A stretch of DNA of 64,000 nucleotides from a virus, in the IMG/VR virus record IMGVR_UViG_3300025732_000019, one strand, 5' to 3'. Shown piece after piece: positions 8,234-16,757 of this stretch. Under the pieces are notes generated by a model. That model did not search any database and had not been told where the DNA came from. It saw nothing but the letters and a program-made list of their open reading frames with translations. Each line of letters opens with the position of its first letter. The stretch's first letter is position 1. The translations under genes were made by a program, and so were the position numbers.

Positions 8234-8258
8234 GAGAACCATAGAGGAGTCGAGAGAG

Positions 8259-8708
8259 ATGATTACCACAGCGTTTGCGTTTGCAGGTCGTGCGTCGTAC
8301 GTGATCGAGAACCCGAAAGGGGAATCCGTCACTGTCAAGTTGAGTCGGTCGAAGGCGGGGAACGTGAATCCCTACACCGGCCAGCCGTACGCGGAAACGT
8401 TCTTTGTCTCGCTGCGACACAATAACGCGCCGTGGATGTTTGTCGGAAAACTCGATGCGCAGCGGCGCAAGATTCTCGCGACGTCAAAGGTGGAAGCCTA
8501 CTGCGACCTGGTGGAAGCCTACTGGCAGTCGCCGGCGGGTGCGCGAGCGATTGCCATCGCGCAGTGGTCGCTGGATCTCATCCATGCACGGGCGACGGTG
8601 CCTGCGGGCTATCGTCTCGCGCATACCGGTCGCTGCGGAAAGTGCGGGAAGTTGCTCCGGGATGCGGAAAGCATTGCGCTCGGATTAGGGCCGGTGTGCC
8701 GCGGGTGA
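8259..8708 (+). CDS. DUF6011-like Zn-finger protein
   Basis: C-terminal GRCGKCGKLL...ESI..GLGPVC. Confidence 0.8.
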   Translation: MITTAFAFAGRASYVIENPKGESVTVKLSRSKAGNVNPYTGQPYAETFFVSLRHNNAPWMFVGKLDAQRRKILATSKVEAYCDLVEAYWQSPAGARAIAIAQWSLDLIHARATVPAGYRLAHTGRCGKCGKLLRDAESIALGLGPVCRG

Positions 8709-8724
8709 TTCCCCGTCGCACAGA

Positions 8725-8897
8725 CCCGTAACGCGTTGCACATCACGCACATACGGGAATCGTATGCATGGTGCGCATGGTGCTCGACGATGGCATACAA
8801 TCTTTGCATGTCAAAACTTCCTGTAACTCCTTGAAAATCAAGCACTTACAGATACCCCTGATTTGACAGGTTCGCGGGTTTCGCATACACTATACCT
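8725..8897 (+). promoter_or_regulatory. paired-palindrome promoter cassette C
   Basis: palindromes at 8728 and 8823, box 8794-8809, TTGACA 8863, TACACT 8886, leaderless ATG 8898. Confidence 0.85.
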
Positions 8898-9107
8898 ATG
8901 AGTAACGACATGACTGGCACGTTGCATCTCACGGAAGACGAACTGACGTTCCTGCTGGAACTAGTGCACAACGAGATGTACACTGCGAATACGAACATCG
9001 TGCTTGCGGAGAATCTCGCGGCTCGGCTGTCTCGCGATCTGCACCATGTGCGGATGGAGAACGAAGACGCAGAGGCCGTCGCTGCATGGGATGCGGTGTC
9101 GTGGTAA
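8898..9107 (+). CDS. small acidic hypothetical protein, leaderless
   Basis: ATG 6 nt after the -10 box. Confidence 0.7.
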   Translation: MSNDMTGTLHLTEDELTFLLELVHNEMYTANTNIVLAENLAARLSRDLHHVRMENEDAEAVAAWDAVSW

Positions 9108-9250
9108 CGCGCATCGATGCCATGTGCGCATGGTTCGGATGCGAGCCATAGAATGTTCGCATCCCAAACTCGTCTGTAAGTCGTTGATAATCAAGCACTT
9201 ACAGACACCCAACATTTGACAGATTGTTTGAAAGGGAGTACACTTTAGGT
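9104..9250 (+). promoter_or_regulatory. promoter cassette D (first palindrome deleted)
   Basis: box 9147-9162, palindrome at 9176, TTGACA 9216, TACACT 9239, ATG 9251. Confidence 0.85.
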
Positions 9251-10582
9251 ATGAAAAATGCTCGGTATGCAGTGATTCTTGAGATTGCGCGTCAAAACAA
9301 CGGTATGGTGCGGTGTGACGATCCCGCGTTGATTGCGGGTTTGGGTGATACCGCGTATCGGTTGCCGACCTATATCGGCGACATTCGTCGCAAAGAGGGA
9401 TTGACAGTCGAACCCCTCAAGTCAGGTCGTACCGTCGTCGCGTACACCTTCCCGGCGTTTGCAGACGGCTCCGCGCCGGTTTCCGCACCTGTCGTCGCAG
9501 TCAAGACGGCAAAGCCCGCAAAAGGGCCGAAAGCCGCTCCTGTGGTGGTTCCTGCGGTCGATGTGGAATCGCTGGTCGCGAGTACTGACAACGCGTCAAG
9601 TCTGTCACTGACGGCGAGTGCCGCGAGTTCGAAGTCGGAGATTACCGCATTACTGCGAGAACTCGCGACGGGTGACAGTGCACTGGTGAAGGTGCCTGCC
9701 AAGCTGCGCGAGTTTGTGCCCTTCGGTCAGTATGACGTCGTGCATCGGATTGTCTCGTCTCGCGTCTTCTGCCCGATCTTCATCACCGGACATTCCGGAA
9801 ACGGCAAGACGCTGCAAGTCGAACAGGCGTGCGCGGCGGCGAACCGCGAGTTTTTGCGCGTGAACGTGACGGCTGAGACGGATGAGGATGCGCTGATCGG
9901 TGGATTCCGTCTCAAGAACGGCAATACCGTGTTTGAGTTTGGCCCTGTCGTACAGGGTATGATTCGCGGTGCGGTGCTCCTGCTCGACGAAATCGATCTT
10001 GCGGGGCCGAAGATTCTCTGCTTGCAGTCGCTGATGGAAGGCAAGCCGATGGTGATCAAGCCGCTCGGCATCACGATTGCGCCTGCGCCGGGGTTCACCG
10101 TCGTCGCGACCGCCAACACGAAGGGTCGCGGGTCTGACGATGGCAAGTATATCGGGACCGGCCCGCTCAATGAAGCGTTTCTCGAACGGTTTCCGATGAC
10201 AATCGAGCAGGAATATCCGGGCGCCGCTGTGGAGAAGAAGATTCTCACGAAGACGTACGAGTCGTATGGCGGTGTCGTAACGGATGGTGTCCTGACGTTT
10301 GCGGATACGCTCACGAAGTGGGCAGACGCGATTCGTGCGACGTTCAACGAAGGGGGTATCGAGGATGTCATCTCGACGCGCCGTCTGTGCCACATCATGC
10401 GCACGTATCAGATTTTCGGTGATGAATCGAAGGTGCTGGCGCTCTGCTTGAACCGCTTCGACAAGTCGGTGCAAGCGAAGTTCTTGGATCTGTATGCCAA
10501 GTTGTCGCCGAGCGCAGCGGGTGCGGCGGCCACGTCCGTCAGTGACGATCCTCGCGTCATTGCTGCCCCGGTGAACTTCTAA
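9251..10582 (+). CDS. MoxR/CbbQ/CobS-like AAA+ ATPase with N-terminal wHTH-like domain
   Basis: Walker A GHSGNGKT, Walker B LLLDEID, ATANTKG, NEAFLERF, ISTRRL. Confidence 0.92.
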   Translation: MKNARYAVILEIARQNNGMVRCDDPALIAGLGDTAYRLPTYIGDIRRKEGLTVEPLKSGRTVVAYTFPAFADGSAPVSAPVVAVKTAKPAKGPKAAPVVVPAVDVESLVASTDNASSLSLTASAASSKSEITALLRELATGDSALVKVPAKLREFVPFGQYDVVHRIVSSRVFCPIFITGHSGNGKTLQVEQACAAANREFLRVNVTAETDEDALIGGFRLKNGNTVFEFGPVVQGMIRGAVLLLDEIDLAGPKILCLQSLMEGKPMVIKPLGITIAPAPGFTVVATANTKGRGSDDGKYIGTGPLNEAFLERFPMTIEQEYPGAAVEKKILTKTYESYGGVVTDGVLTFADTLTKWADAIRATFNEGGIEDVISTRRLCHIMRTYQIFGDESKVLALCLNRFDKSVQAKFLDLYAKLSPSAAGAAATSVSDDPRVIAAPVNF

Positions 10583-10599
10583 TCGAAAGGGATCCCCAC

Positions 10600-10878
10600 A
10601 TGCATCTGACACCAGAAACACTGAAACTCTACGATCTCGTGGCCTCGCAGATCAATACGCTCGCGTGGACATGCTTGCTGGCGTATGTCGCACGGCTCAC
10701 GCAGCAGTACCTGATGCACCGTTTGACGGTGCTGCAGCATGGGATTCTCGAAGCGGTGAGTGATTGCGGGTGTGCGCCGCACACGGATACCGATGCGACA
10801 GCGCCCGGGTCGTCCACCGGGACGAATGCGATTGGATTCCACCATGCGGTCGAGGAACCCGATGAGGATGACGACTAA
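10600..10878 (+). CDS. hypothetical protein
   Basis: ORF following the AAA gene with AAGGGA RBS. Confidence 0.55.
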   Translation: MHLTPETLKLYDLVASQINTLAWTCLLAYVARLTQQYLMHRLTVLQHGILEAVSDCGCAPHTDTDATAPGSSTGTNAIGFHHAVEEPDEDDD

Positions 10879-10885
10879 CCGCTCT

Positions 10886-11061
10886 CCCGTAAGTGCTTGA
10901 AATACAAGCATTTACGGGGATGTATGCGTCACACGCATACTGGTCGGGAGAGTATAGAAAGTTTGCATACTAAAATACCCCGTAAGTCGTTGAAAATGCA
11001 GGGGTTACGGATATCCCCGGTTTGACAGGGATGCCGGTTTCGGAATATACTATACGTATCA
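10886..11061 (+). promoter_or_regulatory. paired-palindrome promoter cassette E
   Basis: palindromes at 10889 and 10982, TATAGAAAGTTTGCAT box, TTGACA 11022, TATACT 11046. Confidence 0.85.
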
Positions 11062-13359
11062 ATGATGATGAATCACTCCTCCTCTCCCACGAACTGGTCA
11101 AAACATGTGCAGTTGGATGATCAGAAGCGTGGCCTTGCGCGTCTCATGGCGCGTGAGAATATCACCGTCGAACATGGTGCATACGAGACAGCTTCCTTTG
11201 ACGTCGAGACTCGCGTGTTACGGCTCCCGCTGTGGGACAATGTGACGCTCGATCAGTATGACCTCCTGATTGGTCATGAAGTCGGTCACGCGTTGTATAG
11301 CGACGATTTGTCGTTTATTGACGATTGCAAAGCCGCTCCCGGTTTGCATACCTTCATTAACGTGCTTGAGGATGTGCGCATTGAGCGCCGCATCAAGGAT
11401 GCGTTTCCTGGCATGCAGGGTGCGTTTCAGCGCGGCTACCGTGACTTCTTCGAACACGGCCCGCTGTTTCAGTTGACGAAGCCGGTTGCGGAATACAGCT
11501 TCATTGACCGCATTAACATCCATTACAAGATTGGTGCGCACGTGACGGTACCGTTCACGGATGATGAACGTGCGATTCTCGCGAAGGTCGACGCCACGCG
11601 TACGATGGGTGACGTCATTGCGCTGGCCAAGGAACTGTACGGCGCTGCCAAGTCTGAACAGAAGAAGCAGAATCCTGAGTCGGGATCGCAGTCGTCGAAG
11701 CCGTCTTCTGACGAAACGACTGGCCAGTCGCCGACGGCGAAGTCGTCGGATTCAGAGTCTAATTCAGAGTCGGACTCAGAGTCTAATTCAGAGTCGGATT
11801 CAGAGTCGGACTCAGAGTCTAATTCAAAGTCGGATTCAGAGTCTAATTCAGAGTCGGATTCAGAGTCGGATTCAGAGTCGGATTCAGAGTCGGAATCGAG
11901 TTCGGATTCAGAGTCGGATTCAGAGTCGGAATCGAGTTCGGATGCGACGTCAGAATCGGATGTGACGTCGGATGCGCCGCATGCGGAAACGGATATGGCG
12001 AACGCCGCTGCCATGAAGACGATGCAGTCTGCGACGTCTGACGTGCGCACCGTGACGCATGTGCCGCTGACGAAGAGTGAAGCGGATGCCTACACCGTGA
12101 GTGTCGCGGACGTCGTGCGCGAAGCGGTGCGGATCGAAACGCAGTATGCCACGCGTGCGACGAGCATCACGGCATCGCTGGAAACGCTGACGCGTCAGTA
12201 TGCACCGACTGCCGCGCACATGGCGCGAGAGTTCGAACGTCGCAAGAGCGCCAAGCAGTTGGAACGTGCGCGAGTCGCGACGACGGGTCGTCTGAACCTG
12301 AAGAAGTTGCCGTTCTATCAGTTCCGTGAAGATTTGTTCCAGCAAGTGACGATTCTTCCGAACGGCCAGTCACACGGTTTGATGCTCCTGATCGACGGTT
12401 CCGGCAGTATGTCGGGTGTGTTTCCGGATGTCATCGAGCAGGTGTTTCTCTTCGGATTGTTCGCCAAGCAGGTGCGCATTCCGGTGCAAGCGTTTGTCTT
12501 TCAGACGTCGTATCACAGTCCGTTGATGCCGAACGCGCAGCGATTGATGCCGCGTGCGGTGCAGTTGGTGACAGTCTTGGATACGACGTCGAAGGTGCCG
12601 ATCGCTGCGCAGTTGCGCAGTCTTGCGCAGTTGCATTGCGCGTTCTCGGGATTCGACGCGCATCTCGCGCCGTATGTGCGTCTCGCGGCCACGCCGCTCT
12701 ACGGTGGCATGCTCGTCATGGAAACGCATGTCCTGCGCATGCGCGAGTCGCTGGGCTTGCAAAAGATGACAGTCATGGTGCTGACGGATGGTGAAGACTC
12801 CGACGGTCTGTATGCGGGTGAGCAGCGCATCTCGTCGTCTCCGGGGGCGGCTCGCGTGATCGTGCGCGACACGCTGACGCATCGCACGTTTGTGGGGTTC
12901 ACAGACGCGCCGGATACGTATTGGGGATACACGACGGATCGACACCTGCTGAACCGTCTGATGCATCATGTTTATACGGTGGGCCTCGGTGTCTCCCTGA
13001 TTCGCTTGTATATCGGTCGCGACTCGGATTGCCGTAGTCATCGTGCCGTCGGGACGATGGCGAGCGCGTTGGGCTCGTTGACGGATGCCAAGGATGTGTA
13101 CCAAGTCGCCGCGCCGTACGGTGCGCGTCTCGCGGATGACAAGATTGCTGCGGTGACACGGAAGGATCTGCCGAGCCTGTTTGCGGATACCGCGATTATC
13201 GTGTCGAACCGCAAGCTGGATATGCAGGATGACACGTTTGAAGATCTCGATACTTCGACGATGACGAATCGCCGAATCATGAGTGCCTTTACGAAGAGTA
13301 ACGTAGCGGCCGCTCAAAATCGCGTCTTAATCAATGCGGTGATGCCGTTCATTGCGTAA
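11062..13359 (+). CDS. CobT-like VWA protein with N-terminal HExxH domain and Ser/Asp/Glu linker
   Basis: HEVGH and NVLEDVRIE; MIDAS DGSGS...TP...LTDGE; partner of the AAA ATPase. Confidence 0.9.
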   Translation: MMMNHSSSPTNWSKHVQLDDQKRGLARLMARENITVEHGAYETASFDVETRVLRLPLWDNVTLDQYDLLIGHEVGHALYSDDLSFIDDCKAAPGLHTFINVLEDVRIERRIKDAFPGMQGAFQRGYRDFFEHGPLFQLTKPVAEYSFIDRINIHYKIGAHVTVPFTDDERAILAKVDATRTMGDVIALAKELYGAAKSEQKKQNPESGSQSSKPSSDETTGQSPTAKSSDSESNSESDSESNSESDSESDSESNSKSDSESNSESDSESDSESDSESESSSDSESDSESESSSDATSESDVTSDAPHAETDMANAAAMKTMQSATSDVRTVTHVPLTKSEADAYTVSVADVVREAVRIETQYATRATSITASLETLTRQYAPTAAHMAREFERRKSAKQLERARVATTGRLNLKKLPFYQFREDLFQQVTILPNGQSHGLMLLIDGSGSMSGVFPDVIEQVFLFGLFAKQVRIPVQAFVFQTSYHSPLMPNAQRLMPRAVQLVTVLDTTSKVPIAAQLRSLAQLHCAFSGFDAHLAPYVRLAATPLYGGMLVMETHVLRMRESLGLQKMTVMVLTDGEDSDGLYAGEQRISSSPGAARVIVRDTLTHRTFVGFTDAPDTYWGYTTDRHLLNRLMHHVYTVGLGVSLIRLYIGRDSDCRSHRAVGTMASALGSLTDAKDVYQVAAPYGARLADDKIAAVTRKDLPSLFADTAIIVSNRKLDMQDDTFEDLDTSTMTNRRIMSAFTKSNVAAAQNRVLINAVMPFIA
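11746..11972 (+). repeat. 12-bp tandem repeats (TCGGATTCAGAG / TCTAATTCAGAG) encoding SDSE/SNSE linker
   Basis: direct reading. Confidence 0.9.
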
Positions 13360-13398
13360 GACGCGTGCATTACTCACAACACACACAAGGAACAGACA

Positions 13399-13683
13399 AT
13401 GCAGAAGATGTTTGAAAAAGTCGCGGATGTGATCAAGTCGAAGCAGGGCATGATCGCGGTCAATGATCCGGATCTCGATGCGGTGCTGATGGTGAATGGA
13501 AAGTCTACGAAGTATCGCTTGGCCACCTATATGTGGGAGATTCGCACGAAGATGAATCTTGCGGTGGTGCCGGTGCGCACCGGTCGCACCGTGACGAGCT
13601 ATGAGGTGCCGGCATTCAAGGTGGTCGCAGATGCGACAGTGCCAGCGAGTGTCGCGGAGTCTGCCGTCGCTGCGAGTCTCTGA
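13399..13683 (+). CDS. stand-alone wHTH-like protein homologous to the AAA N-terminus
   Basis: GM...NDP.L...YRLATY..EIR.K..L.V.P...GRTV..Y..PAF shared with the 9251 protein. Confidence 0.85.
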   Translation: MQKMFEKVADVIKSKQGMIAVNDPDLDAVLMVNGKSTKYRLATYMWEIRTKMNLAVVPVRTGRTVTSYEVPAFKVVADATVPASVAESAVAASL

Positions 13684-13706
13684 GACGTCTCTGAGAGGCT
13701 GCGGGT

Positions 13707-13732
13707 GTGGGGGAGTCTTCGGATTCTCCCAC
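13707..13732 (+). terminator. C(UUCG)G hairpin after the operon
   Basis: GTGGGGGAGTC-TTCG-GATTCTCCCAC. Confidence 0.7.
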
Positions 13733-13750
13733 GCGTTAAACCAACCCAAC

Positions 13751-13800
13751 CTCCACCAGTCTCCACCAATCTCCACAGGCCTCCAATCATCTCCACCATT
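13751..13800 (+). repeat. five 10-bp-period CTCCA repeats
   Basis: CTCCACCAGT CTCCACCAAT CTCCACAGGC CTCCAATCAT CTCCACCATT. Confidence 0.85.
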
Positions 13801-14047
13801 ACGATTCCACAAACACGGGGAATATGCATCACATCGCATGCGTCATCGATCACACGGATCCGTCAAATGCCAGAAATCTCGAACATTTTTCTGTCAATTC
13901 TGCCTGTCATCGTATCTGTTCCATGAGATAATGGTTTCGTTCGCATGAGTGCGAACAACGAACAGTGAACACCCATGGCACTGCGGTGCCTTTTTGACTG
14001 ATCTGTTCGATGTACACCAAACACCCGAAAGAAAAAAGCACCGTATC

Positions 14048-15709
14048 ATGAAGACGTTATACGACACGACAAGTAGTAAAAACGAATTCGGCTTTACGAA
14101 GAATCTGTACACGGTTGATACCCTGTATCAGATGTGGAAAGAGAAAACGCTGATCCCTCGACCTATTGAGTTTCAACGAAAACTCGTCGCGACAGATGAA
14201 TGGAAAGGCGGCATCGTCTATACCGCGTTGAACCGTACCGCATCACTGACGCTGACCGCGAGTTGGACGCGCCTCCCGGATAATCGTCTCGTGCTTGAAG
14301 TGCTTGACGGTCAGCAGCGCATCACCAGCTTGTTTCAGTACTTGGAAAACAGAAAGACGATTGTCTTGCGCAAGCTGTCAGATGCATCAGCAGACGGGAA
14401 GAACCGTTCCGTGACGAAGTTGAATGCGCTGCCTGTGCCTTTGAGAGATGCCGGCATCACCGTCACCGTCGATCCGCGCAAAACTGGAGGCATCGAGCAG
14501 TTGGCGTCATACGAGCATTACGGCACGGAATTGGCACGCCAGTTGCGTGAGACGCCGATCGAAGTCGAAGAATATGGTGAAGACACGACGAACGAAGAAA
14601 AAGCGGAAATCTTCTTCATGAAGAATAACACCAACGACCTCGTCGCACAGGAAAAGCGCAATGGCGTTCGAGGCTGGGTGGCGCGAATCGTGCGTGGCAT
14701 GGTGCGCACGGGTACGGGAAGCGTGACGCCTGATACGGAGATCGAACCCTATAAGATTCCTGTGTCACGGTTCATCAATGAAGGTGCGAACGACACCGGC
14801 ATCATGTCACATCTCACGAACGACAGACTGGAACTGGAAGAGTGTCTCGCTCGACTGTTTGTGTTCGAAAAGCTGAAGACACCGTTTGCGACGAACACGG
14901 GGTATGCGTCAGATGACGAGATTACCAAGATGTATCGCGACATCGCGTATAAGGGCGACGAAGACATGGAATCCGACACGTCGCAAGATGCGCGCCGATC
15001 GTGCGAAACGATGCGAAAAGCGATCGAAAGGCGGTTCAAACATATGGAGACGATTATTCCGCCGTCGAAGCAGCACGATGCACAACGATTCGGAAAGTTC
15101 TCCAATACGCGAAGGAATAGCAAAGTGTTTTCCTATTGGACGACATTGTATGTATTCCTGATGTGGCTCGATCAGGAACACAAAGGCTGGAAGTTCGGCA
15201 ACGAATGCAGTGCAGACGACATCACGGATGCGTTCATGAACGCGTTCAAGAAGCTCACGGTGTCTCCGAAAGACACGAATCCCTATCCCGATTGGAACGA
15301 GACGGATGCGGGCACCGGCAAAGCGACGATGTTTTCCCGCTTGCTCGGCAAGTATGCGCCGCACGAACTCGCGACGAAGTGTGAAATGCTGTTGACGGCG
15401 ATTCAGTTGGAAAATGCGAATGTGATTCGATTGTTAGACCCGAAACGCAACTTCTCGTTTGCGGACAAGGTTCGGAAATGGAAGGAGCAAGGCGAGCGGT
15501 GTGCATACACCAACAAGTTCTTGGTCTTGGATCACGCTGTAGCGGGTCATAAGATTGCTCACAGCAAGGGTGGGCGAACGACGTACGACAATCTTGTCGT
15601 CATCAGTCGATCCGTCAATCAGAGGATGGGTGATATGTCATGGGATGACTTTAGAGACGCGCAGGCGACGAAGCGCACAGCGACACGTGCGGCGACACGT
15701 GCAGCGTAA
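14048..15709 (+). CDS. DUF262-HNH (GmrSD-like) endonuclease
   Basis: FQR, LDGQQR, IF..xN motifs; C-terminal GH.IAHSKGGRT..DNL....VN. Confidence 0.85.
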   Translation: MKTLYDTTSSKNEFGFTKNLYTVDTLYQMWKEKTLIPRPIEFQRKLVATDEWKGGIVYTALNRTASLTLTASWTRLPDNRLVLEVLDGQQRITSLFQYLENRKTIVLRKLSDASADGKNRSVTKLNALPVPLRDAGITVTVDPRKTGGIEQLASYEHYGTELARQLRETPIEVEEYGEDTTNEEKAEIFFMKNNTNDLVAQEKRNGVRGWVARIVRGMVRTGTGSVTPDTEIEPYKIPVSRFINEGANDTGIMSHLTNDRLELEECLARLFVFEKLKTPFATNTGYASDDEITKMYRDIAYKGDEDMESDTSQDARRSCETMRKAIERRFKHMETIIPPSKQHDAQRFGKFSNTRRNSKVFSYWTTLYVFLMWLDQEHKGWKFGNECSADDITDAFMNAFKKLTVSPKDTNPYPDWNETDAGTGKATMFSRLLGKYAPHELATKCEMLLTAIQLENANVIRLLDPKRNFSFADKVRKWKEQGERCAYTNKFLVLDHAVAGHKIAHSKGGRTTYDNLVVISRSVNQRMGDMSWDDFRDAQATKRTATRAATRAA

Positions 15710-15743
15710 AGCGGGTTCAGGCGATCAACGAATCGAGGAACGC

Positions 15744-16355
15744 ATGAGCGACCACCCCACGCCTCAGCCCGCCGCGTCGTCTGCGGTGGAGCAGGCCATC
15801 ACCGCTTTCATTGAAAAATGGGAGTCATGGGAGCCCGAGACTGGGGCCGAGCTTCAGACTGACCTCACGGCCCTGATCGCCGCCGTGCGTGCCGAATCAT
15901 GTCCCGCCGTCCCTGATCCCGTTCCTGCTGGATGGACGTGTCCCACCTGCGGCTTGGCCCATCGCCGGTATTACGAGAGCATCATTGAGCGTCTCAAAGC
16001 CTTGGAAGCGCAAGCCGTTCGGGGGTGCCCCGCCTGCGCCGAGAAGATCCGTCGTGCGTATCGGGATCGAAACAGACACATGAGTGAGATCGAACAGGCC
16101 ATTCACCTGCTGCAGACGAAGGTGGCAGAGATTCGTCGAGACGCGGCGAAGCCACATCCAGTAGAAGATGCGCATTTCATCGCAACCAGCGTGGCGGAAG
16201 CCGACGCGATTGACACCGTGATTGCTGCGCTGCCCCCGCACGAATGGCGCTATGACGAACGTGCGCAAGTGTATCGGTGCTGGAAGTGTCTTGTGCGCAG
16301 CGACCGCCCGCATGAACGCACCTGTGCTGTCACGCTGACCGTCACATGCGACTGA
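15744..16355 (+). CDS. hypothetical protein with several CxxC motifs
   Basis: GAGGA RBS; CPTC, CPAC, CWKC. Confidence 0.6.
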   Translation: MSDHPTPQPAASSAVEQAITAFIEKWESWEPETGAELQTDLTALIAAVRAESCPAVPDPVPAGWTCPTCGLAHRRYYESIIERLKALEAQAVRGCPACAEKIRRAYRDRNRHMSEIEQAIHLLQTKVAEIRRDAAKPHPVEDAHFIATSVAEADAIDTVIAALPPHEWRYDERAQVYRCWKCLVRSDRPHERTCAVTLTVTCD

Positions 16356-16699
16356 CCCGCATCAGTCTCCTCATCGGGTGGTGTGTGCTCAGTCTGCATT
16401 GTGCGTCATCGCTGCACATACAGATACGGAATATGACGCCCTTCGTTCGATGGGCAGACACACGCGTCACACAGATGGAGATCACGCTCCCCGCACAGGA
16501 TCCCGGCAGGTATGCGCTCGTCACCGTCGAAGATGCCATGACGGTGCGCGATTCCGTGGTCACATTGACCCCGAGCGTACAACATCTGCCGTGGACGATT
16601 CCGGTGCGCACGTCAGGCACGATATGGGTGCGCATCGAAATCTATGACCAGCACCATCGGTGTCTGCAGACGCGCATCGAACGCATGGAAGTGCCATAA
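16346..16699 (+). CDS. putative lipoprotein
   Basis: hydrophobic N-terminus ending LHC. Confidence 0.6.
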   Translation: MRLTRISLLIGWCVLSLHCASSLHIQIRNMTPFVRWADTRVTQMEITLPAQDPGRYALVTVEDAMTVRDSVVTLTPSVQHLPWTIPVRTSGTIWVRIEIYDQHHRCLQTRIERMEVP

Positions 16700-16757
16700 T
16701 GCGCGTTTGACTTTTCCATCGGGATCGGATATCATACGAACAGGAGTTGAACATCTC

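Noticed and set aside
8791-8809. Central cassette box as a sigma54 promoter
   Set aside because: GG-to-GC spacing is 12 rather than 10, and the GG is not conserved across cassettes.
3232-11061. Palindromic repeats as a CRISPR array
   Set aside because: Copies are degenerate, dispersed in pairs and tied to promoters; there is no repeat-spacer periodicity or cas operon.
9650-13317. Long antisense ORFs (323 aa, 315 aa and others)
   Set aside because: Expected from codon bias of the sense genes; no RBS or motifs.
9251-13359. Cobalamin biosynthesis (cobS/cobT) supporting B12-dependent NrdJ
   Set aside because: No cobN or other cob genes; phage CobS-like proteins are generic MoxR-type AAA/VWA pairs.
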